Positions 56,916 through 64,000 of a DNA stretch of 64,000 bases are shown here, one piece after another. Both the position numbers and the translations under genes were made by a program. The notes beneath the pieces were generated by a model. That model was not told the origin of the DNA and did not search any database. It saw only the letters and a list, made by a program, of their open reading frames with translations. Numbering within the stretch: position 1 is the first letter of the stretch; each line of letters opens with the position of its first letter. The DNA is from an uncultured virus (IMG/VR IMGVR_UViG_3300039136_000054) (lineage: Duplodnaviria; Heunggongvirae; Uroviricota; Caudoviricetes). The stretch lies in IMG/VR virus record IMGVR_UViG_3300039136_000054; one strand, given 5' to 3'.

Positions 56916-57165
56916 TTTTCTTACGAGGGATAACAACACCATGATCTAGTAGATACTTTGCTGTTTGGGCAAGACCTCCAACTGGTTCACCATCTATAAT
57001 AACATACGGATACCCTTTTGCCAAGGGGTACTGCTTGATCATGGTGTCCCTCGGGATGTCCTGCCCAACCACATAAGAACTGTACTCTAGGTTAGCACGT
57101 TTCATTAGGATCTTTACCTTGTCACAGTAAGTGCAACCAGGAATAGTATAGATGTCGATTTTCAT
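56908..57165 (-). CDS. Glutaredoxin
   Basis: IYTIPGCTYC...YPYVIIDGEPVGG. Confidence 0.88.
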   Translation of the reverse strand: MKIDIYTIPGCTYCDKVKILMKRANLEYSSYVVGQDIPRDTMIKQYPLAKGYPYVIIDGEPVGGLAQTAKYLLDHGVVIPRKKNG

Positions 57166-57746
57166 TGAGGATTTTTAATTTTGAGATTGAATGAAATTGA
57201 GTAGCGTTCTTCTTCACTTTCATTTGGTTTCACCATGTGCAGAAGATGAGAGGGGAACATAACTAGTCTACCCTTCTCTGGTTGAATGAAGTGTACATTA
57301 CTTCCATACCCATAGGTCTGATGCTCATGTGGGGATCGGAATACCAGGTCACCAGAATCTTCAGGAGCTTCAATCCATACCACACCAGAATAAAAACAAT
57401 GAGGATGTGTATGAGTCACGTTCCAGTTTCCTGGTCCATTTATATTGAACCACATGTTGTCAAGTTCCAATGATGTATTAGGAAACCCGTTGTGATAAAA
57501 CTGTTCAGCAATCTCATCAGCACATGGTTTAATCATCTCCCAGAGTCTAGTGGCAAGAGGAATGAAGTCAATGTCCTGGTGAATGTCAGACACAGACTGA
57601 TACCCACCCATGTTACTCACAGTTTCGGATGGATACTTGTCTCTATACTTCCGAAAGTATTCCATGAAGTCAGTGTTGTCAAACTCATCATCATATGCAG
57701 AAAGAATGTAGAGTGGGAACAACTCCATGGTATTGTAATCAATCAT
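57162..57746 (-). CDS. 2OG-Fe(II) oxygenase (TIGR02466-like)
   Basis: SNMGGYQS...WFNIN...HTHP...SGVVW...MFPSHLLHMV.PN...RYSISFN. Confidence 0.85.
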   Translation of the reverse strand: MIDYNTMELFPLYILSAYDDEFDNTDFMEYFRKYRDKYPSETVSNMGGYQSVSDIHQDIDFIPLATRLWEMIKPCADEIAEQFYHNGFPNTSLELDNMWFNINGPGNWNVTHTHPHCFYSGVVWIEAPEDSGDLVFRSPHEHQTYGYGSNVHFIQPEKGRLVMFPSHLLHMVKPNESEEERYSISFNLKIKNPQ

Positions 57747-57973
57747 GCAAAACCTCCCTTGCTTTTCTTCTTCGGTTTAACATCAACCACTTCCATATGT
57801 GATAGGAACTGACCAGGAGACTGGAACCATCGTGCGTGTGCTACCTGCCAGTCATCATAGATTTCTGTCTGACCATTGGTGAACACAATCCTATAGCGAT
57901 GCCTATCGTATGGTTTGTCACAGGTCTGCGTGAAGTATCTAGGATCGTTTGGTTTGATCAGATCGTAAGACAT
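57743..57973 (-). CDS. Hypothetical protein
   Basis: 76-aa ORF, KPYDRH.Y motif. Confidence 0.7.
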   Translation of the reverse strand: MSYDLIKPNDPRYFTQTCDKPYDRHRYRIVFTNGQTEIYDDWQVAHARWFQSPGQFLSHMEVVDVKPKKKSKGGFA

Positions 57974-57974
57974 T

Positions 57975-57997
57975 AAAAAAGGGGTCCGAAGACCCCT
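57975..57997 (-). terminator. psbD terminator
   Basis: AGGGGTC-TTCG-GACCCC-T6. Confidence 0.85.
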
Positions 57998-58003
57998 AGT
58001 ATA

Positions 58004-59059
58004 TCACAGAGCATTGCCTCTTGGCAACACCTCTTCGGGAAATACAAACTGCTCATGCGGTTGATCCACTGGTGCCATCCAGGCACGTAGACCTTCGTTC
58101 AGCAGAATGTTCTTGGTGTAGAACGTCTCGAACTCGGGATCTTCCGATGCTCTGATCTCTTGACTTACGAAATCATAAGCCCGAAGATTAAGAGCAAGAC
58201 CAATAATGCCGATGCTACTTGTCCAAAGACCCATAACAGGAACAAAAAGCATAAAAAAGTGCAACCACCTCTTATTAGAAAAGGCAATGCCGAAGATCTG
58301 ACTCCAGAAGCGGTTCGCTGTAACCATTGAATAAGTTTCTTCTTCTTGAGTCGAATCGAATGCCTTGAAAGTATTTGCTTGTTCGCCATCTTGGTAGAGT
58401 GTGTTCTCAACAGTGACACCATGGATTGCAGACAGTAATGCTCCCCCTAGTATACCAGCAACACCCATCATATGGAAGGGGTTCAATGTCCAGTTGTGGA
58501 ATCCCTGAAGGAAGAGGAGGAATCGGAAGATTGCTGCGACCCCAAAAGATGGAGCGAAAAACCAACTCGATTGACCCAGAGGGTAGATGAGAAAGACACT
58601 AACGAAGACAGCAATAGGACCAGAGAAAGCAATCGCATTGTACGGACGGATGCCAATTAACCTAGCAAGTTCAAACTGTCGAAGCATGAAACCAATGAGA
58701 GCAAAGGCTCCGTGGAGCGCCACAAAATTCCAGAGTCCCCCAAGCTGGAGCCAGCGTTGGAAATCGCCTTGAGATTCAGGACCCCAAAGTAGAAGAAGAG
58801 AATGACCCATAACATCAGCAGGCGTTGACACAGCCGCTGTAAGGAAGTTAGCACCCTCCAGGTAACTACTTGCAAGTCCGTGGGTGTACCAGCTTGTGAC
58901 AAACGTAGTGCCAGTAAGCCAGCCACCAATTGCAAGATAAGCAGTGGGAAAAAGAAGTAATCCAGACCAACCCACAAAGACAAAGCGATCCCGTTTAAGC
59001 CAGTCATCAAGGATGTCAAACCATTCCCTCCTTGGTTGTTGTAATGTTGATGTTACCAT
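58004..59059 (-). CDS. psbD: Photosystem II D2 protein
   Basis: [21 protein letters not shown]...[10 protein letters not shown]. Confidence 0.99.
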   Translation of the reverse strand: MVTSTLQQPRREWFDILDDWLKRDRFVFVGWSGLLLFPTAYLAIGGWLTGTTFVTSWYTHGLASSYLEGANFLTAAVSTPADVMGHSLLLLWGPESQGDFQRWLQLGGLWNFVALHGAFALIGFMLRQFELARLIGIRPYNAIAFSGPIAVFVSVFLIYPLGQSSWFFAPSFGVAAIFRFLLFLQGFHNWTLNPFHMMGVAGILGGALLSAIHGVTVENTLYQDGEQANTFKAFDSTQEEETYSMVTANRFWSQIFGIAFSNKRWLHFFMLFVPVMGLWTSSIGIIGLALNLRAYDFVSQEIRASEDPEFETFYTKNILLNEGLRAWMAPVDQPHEQFVFPEEVLPRGNAL

Positions 59060-59079
59060 TTATTTAACCTATGAAGACT

Positions 59080-59103
59080 AAAAAAGGGGGTCGGATGACC
59101 CCC
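59080..59103 (-). terminator. Terminator between psbA and psbD
   Basis: GGGGGTC-ATCC-GACCCCC-T6. Confidence 0.8.
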
Positions 59104-59125
59104 AATGTGTGTGTATACTAACCGA

Positions 59126-60205
59126 TCAACCAACAGTAGGTGCGGTGAGTGCAACAGGAGTAGACTCTGCAGCAGCAAGATCGAGAGGGAAGTTGTGAGC
59201 GTTACGCTCATGCATGACTTCCATACCCAGACCTGCACGGTTCAGAACGTCTGCCCAGGTGTTCACAACACGACCTTGACTTTCAACAATGGATTGATTG
59301 AAGTTAAATCCGTTGAGGTTGAATGCCATGGTGCTGACGCCGAGGGCGGTAAACCAGATGCCCACAACTGGCCATGCTGCGAGGAAGAAATGCAGCGAGC
59401 GAGAATTGTTGAAAGAAGCATACTGGAAGATCAGACGACCGAAGTAACCGTGTGCAGCAACGATGTTGTAGGTTTCTTCTTCTTGACCGAACTTGTAACC
59501 ATAGTTTTGCGATTCGGTTTCAGTAGTTTCACGAACCAGCGAAGAAGTAACCAGACTTCCATGCATAGCAGAGAAAAGAGATCCACCGAATACCCCAGCA
59601 ACACCGAGCATGTGGAACGGATGCATAAGGATGTTGTGCTCTGCTTGGAACACAAGCATATAGTTAAAAGTACCAGAGATACCAAGAGGCATAGCATCGG
59701 AGAAAGATCCTTGACCGAAAGGATAGACGAGGAATACAGCAGATGCTGCAGCGACTGGAGCAGAATATGCTACGCAGATCCAGGGGCGCATACCCAGGCG
59801 GTAAGAAAGTTCCCACTCACGACCCATGTAGGCGTAGATGCCAATCAGGAAGTGGAAGACAACCAATTGGAAGGGACCACCGTTGTACAGCCACTCGTCG
59901 AGAGATGCTGCTTCCCAGATGGGATAGAAGTGAAGACCAATAGCATTGGACGAGGGAACGACAGCACCAGAGATGATGTTGTTACCATAGAGAAGAGAAC
60001 CAGCGACTGGTTCGCGGATGCCATCGATGTCCACAGGAGGAGCAGCGATAAAGGCGACGATGAAGCAGATGGTTGCAGCCAGCAGGGTGGGGATCATCAG
60101 GACACCAAACCAACCGACATACAGACGGTTGTTGGTAGAGGTGACCCATTCGCAGAAGGATTCCCAAGTGCTGACCGAACCTTTACGTGAAAGAGTTGCA
60201 GTCAT
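59126..60205 (-). CDS. psbA: Photosystem II D1 protein (Glu130 form), no intron
   Basis: [15 protein letters not shown]...[16 protein letters not shown]...[14 protein letters not shown]. Confidence 0.99.
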   Translation of the reverse strand: MTATLSRKGSVSTWESFCEWVTSTNNRLYVGWFGVLMIPTLLAATICFIVAFIAAPPVDIDGIREPVAGSLLYGNNIISGAVVPSSNAIGLHFYPIWEAASLDEWLYNGGPFQLVVFHFLIGIYAYMGREWELSYRLGMRPWICVAYSAPVAAASAVFLVYPFGQGSFSDAMPLGISGTFNYMLVFQAEHNILMHPFHMLGVAGVFGGSLFSAMHGSLVTSSLVRETTETESQNYGYKFGQEEETYNIVAAHGYFGRLIFQYASFNNSRSLHFFLAAWPVVGIWFTALGVSTMAFNLNGFNFNQSIVESQGRVVNTWADVLNRAGLGMEVMHERNAHNFPLDLAAAESTPVALTAPTVG

Positions 60206-60261
60206 AATAGTGCGTTTTGAACGTTAGTTATGCAAACAATGTAACGACTCCTTAAAGGTCC

Positions 60262-60311
60262 TTTACATTTGTTTACCTATTTATTATAGCGTAGGGTCGG
60301 TTTTCCGTCAA
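60262..60311 (-). promoter_or_regulatory. psbA early+late promoter with HLR1-like repeat
   Basis: TTGACG-N17-TATAAT overlapping ATAAATA; TTTACATT-TG-TTTACCTA at 60262-60279. Confidence 0.7.
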
Positions 60312-60338
60312 GCCTTTAAAGTAGAGTATTAATACTCA

Positions 60339-60464
60339 TTAGATAGGGTTGGTGGCGGGGATCATCATGCCCCCACCGTGGTCATCGTCATCGTCGATGC
60401 TACCACCCGTCAGGACAGCAGCAAAGATGAACCCTGCAAACATCGACAGTGCGAGGACTAACAT
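60339..60464 (-). CDS. 41-aa membrane peptide (not in ORF track)
   Basis: MLVLALSMFAGFIFAAVLTGGSIDDDDDHGGGMMIPATNPI; overlaps hli stop. Confidence 0.6.
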   Translation of the reverse strand: MLVLALSMFAGFIFAAVLTGGSIDDDDDHGGGMMIPATNPI

Positions 60465-60583
60465 CACCATACTCCTGGGATGATCTGTCCAGTGGTCAGG
60501 TAAGAACCTACTGCTGCAACGAAACCAACCATTGCTGCACGAGCGTTCAGAATTTCTGCTTCAGGTGTGAATCCAAATTTCAT
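60464..60583 (-). CDS. hli: High-light-inducible protein (39 aa, not in ORF track)
   Basis: FTPEAEILNARAAMVGF...TTGQIIPGVW (ExxNxRxAM). Confidence 0.9.
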   Translation of the reverse strand: MKFGFTPEAEILNARAAMVGFVAAVGSYLTTGQIIPGVW

Positions 60584-60729
60584 TTTTTGTTCTCCAAAGT
60601 TTTGTTTGTGATAATAATCTTCTCTCCATCATGAGAGAATTGTAGTTCGTCGTCTGGATGCCACAGAAGTTCTTCGTATAAATCGTCGAGCTTCTGAATG
60701 TCTTCCCAGAGTGCATTCGGATTAGGCAT
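60580..60729 (-). CDS. Hypothetical 49-aa protein (not in ORF track)
   Basis: MPNPNALWEDIQKLDDLYEELLWHPDDELQFSHDGEKIIITNKTLENKK; overlaps both neighbours. Confidence 0.65.
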   Translation of the reverse strand: MPNPNALWEDIQKLDDLYEELLWHPDDELQFSHDGEKIIITNKTLENKK

Positions 60730-61012
60730 ATTGATTCAACAAGGATCTAATGTTTTGTGTGATCTCCATACCTCCTGTTTTCTTTTCAAGCAACGTACCA
60801 TTAGGTGATGCAATAACGAGAACAGGCGTAGCAGTTACACCATATAATTTAGCAATGTCGAGATTCTCTTGTGGAATTGGTTCATCACTAAAGTCTTCTA
60901 ACTGAACCTCTTCAATTAGATCAAGGCGATCATCTTTGATAGCATTCAAGTATCGCTTTACCAACCCACAAGGACCACACGAATCCTTGGTGAACATATA
61001 AAACTGGTTCAT
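60722..61012 (-). CDS. Thioredoxin/glutaredoxin-like protein
   Basis: CGPC active site, GVTATPVLV. Confidence 0.85.
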   Translation of the reverse strand: MNQFYMFTKDSCGPCGLVKRYLNAIKDDRLDLIEEVQLEDFSDEPIPQENLDIAKLYGVTATPVLVIASPNGTLLEKKTGGMEITQNIRSLLNQYA

Positions 61013-61017
61013 GTATA

Positions 61018-61221
61018 TCAGAAGATACCAAAGAATAGTTTACCAGTAATCGCGTAAGAAATCAAGCCCGAAACGATTCCTCCCATTGCCCAACGTCCAT
61101 TGTACATCTCCTTATATTGCATAGGAGAGAACAGACCCTTGCGATTGTAGTCTTCGACTACCATCTGGGGTTCTCTAGCAAAGAGATTGTTTTGTCCGTA
61201 TTCGTTTGTTGTTACGGTCAT
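61018..61221 (-). CDS. hli: High-light-inducible protein
   Basis: NLFAREPQM...EMYNGRWAM...TGKLFFGIF. Confidence 0.88.
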   Translation of the reverse strand: MTVTTNEYGQNNLFAREPQMVVEDYNRKGLFSPMQYKEMYNGRWAMGGIVSGLISYAITGKLFFGIF

Positions 61222-61247
61222 TGTACTTATGTAAAGAACTGTTACAT

Positions 61248-61284
61248 AGTATATAGCAAAAAAAGAGGGGCGTCAAGCCCCTCT
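61248..61284 (-). promoter_or_regulatory. Terminator hairpin overlapping sigma70 promoter of hli operon
   Basis: GAGGGGC-TTGAC-GCCCCTC-T7; TTGACG-N17-TATACT. Confidence 0.7.
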
Positions 61285-61291
61285 CTGATAA

Positions 61292-61648
61292 TTATTTCTG
61301 ATCGATGACATTTTGTTTTCTTGCTTGACGGGACAACCAGAAGGCGATACCGATCAAAGCGAAGTAGAACAGGGTGTCATCTATCATGACTAGGAAGAAC
61401 ACAACTGAACCACCAATCTTATACATGGGAGGGATGGGGATCAGTTCTACCAGACGACGCACCTGCTTTTCAAATACAAAGAAGTATAGTAATGCAAGTG
61501 CAGTCATCACATACTCACTATAGGGTACAACGAAGTACAGTGAGATGATAATAAAGATTGGAAAGTAATGTCGTTCAGGGACCTTACTCAAGGTCGTAAC
61601 ACTTGCTCTCCAAAAATTCTTGATTAGTTTTGAGAAACGCTGTGACAT
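61292..61648 (-). CDS. Membrane protein
   Basis: Several hydrophobic segments. Confidence 0.65.
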   Translation of the reverse strand: MSQRFSKLIKNFWRASVTTLSKVPERHYFPIFIIISLYFVVPYSEYVMTALALLYFFVFEKQVRRLVELIPIPPMYKIGGSVVFFLVMIDDTLFYFALIGIAFWLSRQARKQNVIDQK

Positions 61649-61766
61649 AACTATCTACATCTTGTTCCATAGTATGGTGTGCATGTGTATGCAGTGACTG
61701 TATGACTCCCAAAGATCCACAGATCAGTAGGTTCATCACCGTGAGGGGGTGGAGAAGGTAGCGCAT
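61584..61766 (-). CDS. Hypothetical protein
   Basis: 60-aa ORF with HTHAHH. Confidence 0.55.
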   Translation of the reverse strand: MRYLLHPLTVMNLLICGSLGVIQSLHTHAHHTMEQDVDSYVTAFLKTNQEFLESKCYDLE

Positions 61767-61767
61767 T

Positions 61768-61790
61768 AAAAAAGGGGTCCGAAGACCCCT
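61768..61790 (-). terminator. Intrinsic terminator (identical to psbD terminator)
   Basis: AGGGGTC-TTCG-GACCCC-T6. Confidence 0.85.
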
Positions 61791-61809
61791 GTATTATAGC
61801 AGGTTTGGA

Positions 61810-62184
61810 TCAGAAGGACCAGGTAGCACCCAGTTTTGTTCCGTAACCACGATCAATGTCATCGTCGCCAGATCCCACGAAGGAGACCTCACCATATACG
61901 GAGAGAGACTCGGTGGCGGCGATGGATGCACCAGCCTTACCAGAAGGAACGGTGTCAGCAGCAGCGCCATCAGGATTGACGTAGCTAGCTCCACCTTGGA
62001 CGTACCAGTCAACCAGACCAGTGGATCCAGAGTAGCCTACGTGAGCGTCTGTCGTGGTTCCAGTGTAGTCCGAGCCAGTGAAACCAGAGTTTGCCTCTAC
62101 GTTAACGTAGGGTCCTGCCAGGGCAGCACCAGGAGCAGCGAAAGCGACGGCTGCAGCGGCAGCAGCGAAAGCAGTTTTGATCAT
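61810..62184 (-). CDS. Small outer-membrane beta-barrel-like protein
   Basis: Ala-rich signal peptide ending ALA, alternating amphipathic strands, terminal KLGATWSF. Confidence 0.7.
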   Translation of the reverse strand: MIKTAFAAAAAAVAFAAPGAALAGPYVNVEANSGFTGSDYTGTTTDAHVGYSGSTGLVDWYVQGGASYVNPDGAAADTVPSGKAGASIAATESLSVYGEVSFVGSGDDDIDRGYGTKLGATWSF

Positions 62185-62273
62185 GTTTGTTTTCCTAAAT
62201 TTGTTGGACAGTAGGTATATAGCACAGAAAAGTTACAAAAGTCAACACCCTTGTGACACTTTTTCTGCACTAA

Positions 62274-62345
62274 AGCGGATGATCGGAATCGAACCGACGA
62301 CATCTAACTTGGAAGGATAGCGTTCTACCGCTGAACTACATCCGC
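62274..62345 (-). tRNA. tRNA-Gly(TCC)
   Basis: GCGGATGTAGTTCAGCGGTAGAAC..CTATC-CT-TCC-AA-GTTAG..GGTTCGATTCC..ATCCGCT. Confidence 0.95.
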
Positions 62346-62349
62346 AGGG

Positions 62350-62562
62350 TGGGAGAGCGTTACTTCTCCCTAGGCTCGCCACTTGTTCTTTCACTGGAAA
62401 CAAGAAACCAGGCGGCAACAATCACCCGCACCACTTGCTTTTGAGGAGAAGCAAGAAACCCGAGGGGTCTGGGACCCATCCCGACCAGGGCGCTTTTAGC
62501 GTCGTCCCGAGACGTGGGTCATAATGACTCCACCAGGGTAGGTTTAGAGTCTATCCAAGACT
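62350..62562 (-). ncRNA. manA-like structured RNA with tandem pseudoknot units
   Basis: Repeated units ending TGGTG/TGGTC/TGGTG/TGGCG; CTTGCTT/AAGCAAG and CTTGTT/AACAAG loop pairings; adjacent to tRNA; family name from memory. Confidence 0.65.
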
Positions 62563-62967
62563 AATGGTGTCGTTACCATCTTCATCATCCTTGACTTGAT
62601 AAGGATCATTGAAGGTGATGGTATCCGTACCTTCTGCACCAGAGATGACGGTATCACCACCAAAGTCTAGCACATCCTCACCGATACCACCGAAGGGAAT
62701 GTTAACAGGACCAGCAGCTGCTGCACCAAAGGTTTCTACATTAGTAGCATTCAGATAGTCGGACTGCAACTGGAAGTTGTAACTAGACTCATCGTAGGAT
62801 GGGTACTCACTGGGAAAGTTAATAACCATACCAGTTTCCATGGGTTCCATGGTACGCAGTTTGTCATAGATCTCAAAGAGATCGCGAACAGAGTCACCAC
62901 TCTTGTTCTGCAGTGCTTCCAGCAGTTCCTGGCGCACTAGTTCTTTTGCTTCAGCGAGACGAGACAT
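62551..62967 (-). CDS. Acidic hypothetical protein
   Basis: Start reassigned to MSRLAEAK; C-terminal repeated GxDxI/LxF motif. Confidence 0.7.
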   Translation of the reverse strand: MSRLAEAKELVRQELLEALQNKSGDSVRDLFEIYDKLRTMEPMETGMVINFPSEYPSYDESSYNFQLQSDYLNATNVETFGAAAAGPVNIPFGGIGEDVLDFGGDTVISGAEGTDTITFNDPYQVKDDEDGNDTISLG

Positions 62968-63190
62968 TATCTTTGATGTAACAAGGGACAGTTTCGGGAT
63001 CCAACCACTTCGTATACTCGAAGTCCTCCATGGCAATAGTCATCTGCATGGCATTGTCACAGAGGTACATGTCAGAGTACCGCTTGGTGTACTCGTGTGC
63101 TTTTTGAATACGAAAGTCAGGCATCCCGTTGGTTTCCAGTGTACCACACTCGACGTAGCGGTAGGGGAAACGCTCAAGAAGGATTTTCAT
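62951..63190 (-). CDS. Conserved hypothetical protein
   Basis: ERFPYRYVECG...GMPDFRIQK...YTKWLDP. Confidence 0.75.
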   Translation of the reverse strand: MKILLERFPYRYVECGTLETNGMPDFRIQKAHEYTKRYSDMYLCDNAMQMTIAMEDFEYTKWLDPETVPCYIKDNVSSR

Positions 63191-63414
63191 TAGTAGGAGG
63201 GATCTCCAGGAACGTCATCATCATAGGGCAAGTCAGGCATAATGTCAAGCAGTGGTTCGATCTCTTCTGTGATCGGTGCTGCGATGACTGCACTGCCATC
63301 AGGGCGACGTACTAGGAAGTGCTCGCCCTGATTCTCAATCAGATCCATGTAGTTATCGAAGTTAGCTTGGAACTCTTCTTCGGTAACCTCACGCATTTCT
63401 TCTACTTGTTTCAT
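63190..63414 (-). CDS. Phd/YefM antitoxin-like protein
   Basis: VTEEEFQANFDNYMDLIE..GEHFLV....GSAVIAP pattern; start reassigned to MKQVEE. Confidence 0.5.
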   Translation of the reverse strand: MKQVEEMREVTEEEFQANFDNYMDLIENQGEHFLVRRPDGSAVIAAPITEEIEPLLDIMPDLPYDDDVPGDPSY

Positions 63415-63656
63415 ACGTTGCAACAAATATTTTGTTCTTGAAGATACTTGATAGTTTCTGTACATCCACCTAGGTGCTTCTTGTCCATAAGAACTTGTGG
63501 GAAAGTTGTTCCCTCCCCAAACAAACTATAGAAATCAGCACCAGTGAAGTCTCTACCTAAACGATACTCTACAAACTTGAACTCATTCAATTCAAAAAGC
63601 AATCTGATCTGCTCACAATAGCGGCAACCGTGCTTTGAATAGATGGTGAAGGTCAT
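63411..63656 (-). CDS. Glutaredoxin (NrdC-like)
   Basis: IYSKHGCRYC...TFPQV...HLGGCTE. Confidence 0.88.
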   Translation of the reverse strand: MTFTIYSKHGCRYCEQIRLLFELNEFKFVEYRLGRDFTGADFYSLFGEGTTFPQVLMDKKHLGGCTETIKYLQEQNICCNV

Positions 63657-64000
63657 TTAGAAAGTTGGGCGAAATCCTGTTCAAAAATATTTAGACCAGC
63701 GTCGGTCAGAACGTGGTTGTACATTTTATCAAACACTGACACAGGTAGAGTGACTACGTGAGCACCGTACAAGAGACAGCGAGCAACGTGATGAACATCA
63801 CGAAGAGAAGCAGCGAGAATCTGGGTCTTCTGTGCCTGTGTGCAGTAAAGACCAGAGATAGCACGAACCAGTTCGACGCCACTGCAACTATTATCGTTCA
63901 TCCGACCCACAAATGGGGAGATGTATGTGGCACCTGACAAAGCGGTCACCGCTGCTTGAGCAGCAGAGAAGCACAGGGTCACATTAGTCTTGACGCCACG
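63653..64000 (-). CDS. talC: Transaldolase TalC (5' part outside window)
   Basis: NVTLCFS..QA...GATYISPFVGR...ILAASLR...HVLTDAGL..F..D. Confidence 0.93.
   Translation of the reverse strand, partial: RGVKTNVTLCFSAAQAAVTALSGATYISPFVGRMNDNSCSGVELVRAISGLYCTQAQKTQILAASLRDVHHVARCLLYGAHVVTLPVSVFDKMYNHVLTDAGLNIFEQDFAQLSK

Noticed and set aside
59105..60190. 361-aa plus-strand ORF antisense to psbA
   Set aside because: Antisense shadow of a conserved, codon-biased gene; no recognisable protein motifs
58004..60205. Group I intron or homing endonuclease in or between psbA and psbD
   Set aside because: Both ORFs are uninterrupted and full length; the 66-bp gap holds only a terminator

Overview
A 64-kb segment of a T4-like marine cyanomyovirus genome, most likely infecting Synechococcus. 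Nearly all genes are on the minus strand, except the gp4-gp2-gp48-gp53 block. From left to right it holds: small accessory genes (DenV-like glycosylase, CP12-like protein, several 2OG-Fe(II) oxygenases); a tail-fibre/adhesin region (three collar-domain fibres, four tandem paralogous tip proteins, a 3.8-kaa structural protein); a five-tRNA cluster with cpeT; baseplate/tail genes (split gp5, hub, two tape-measure-like hydrolases, gp51/gp26, tube-like, gp4, gp2, gp48, gp53); replication/transcription genes (gp32, gp33, exonuclease, phoH, thyX, rnh); a nitrogen-regulated small-gene locus; a photosynthesis module (psbD, psbA, two hli); tRNA-Gly with a manA-like RNA; and partial talC. Most notable observations: (1) two tandem glutamine-riboswitch-like aptamers, each enclosing a whole small ORF in its P2 loop, behind an NtcA box and upstream of DUF4278 genes; (2) a split beta-sandwich repeat whose N-half ends each of four alternative adhesin genes and whose C-half starts the downstream fibre, suggesting swappable fibre tips; (3) an in-frame T_TTT_TTC -1 slippery site joining gp26 to gp51, between a tube gene and tape-measure-like genes (lambda G/GT-like); (4) candidate pseudoknotted RNAs between tRNAs. 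All calls come from manual motif recognition; no database searches were run.
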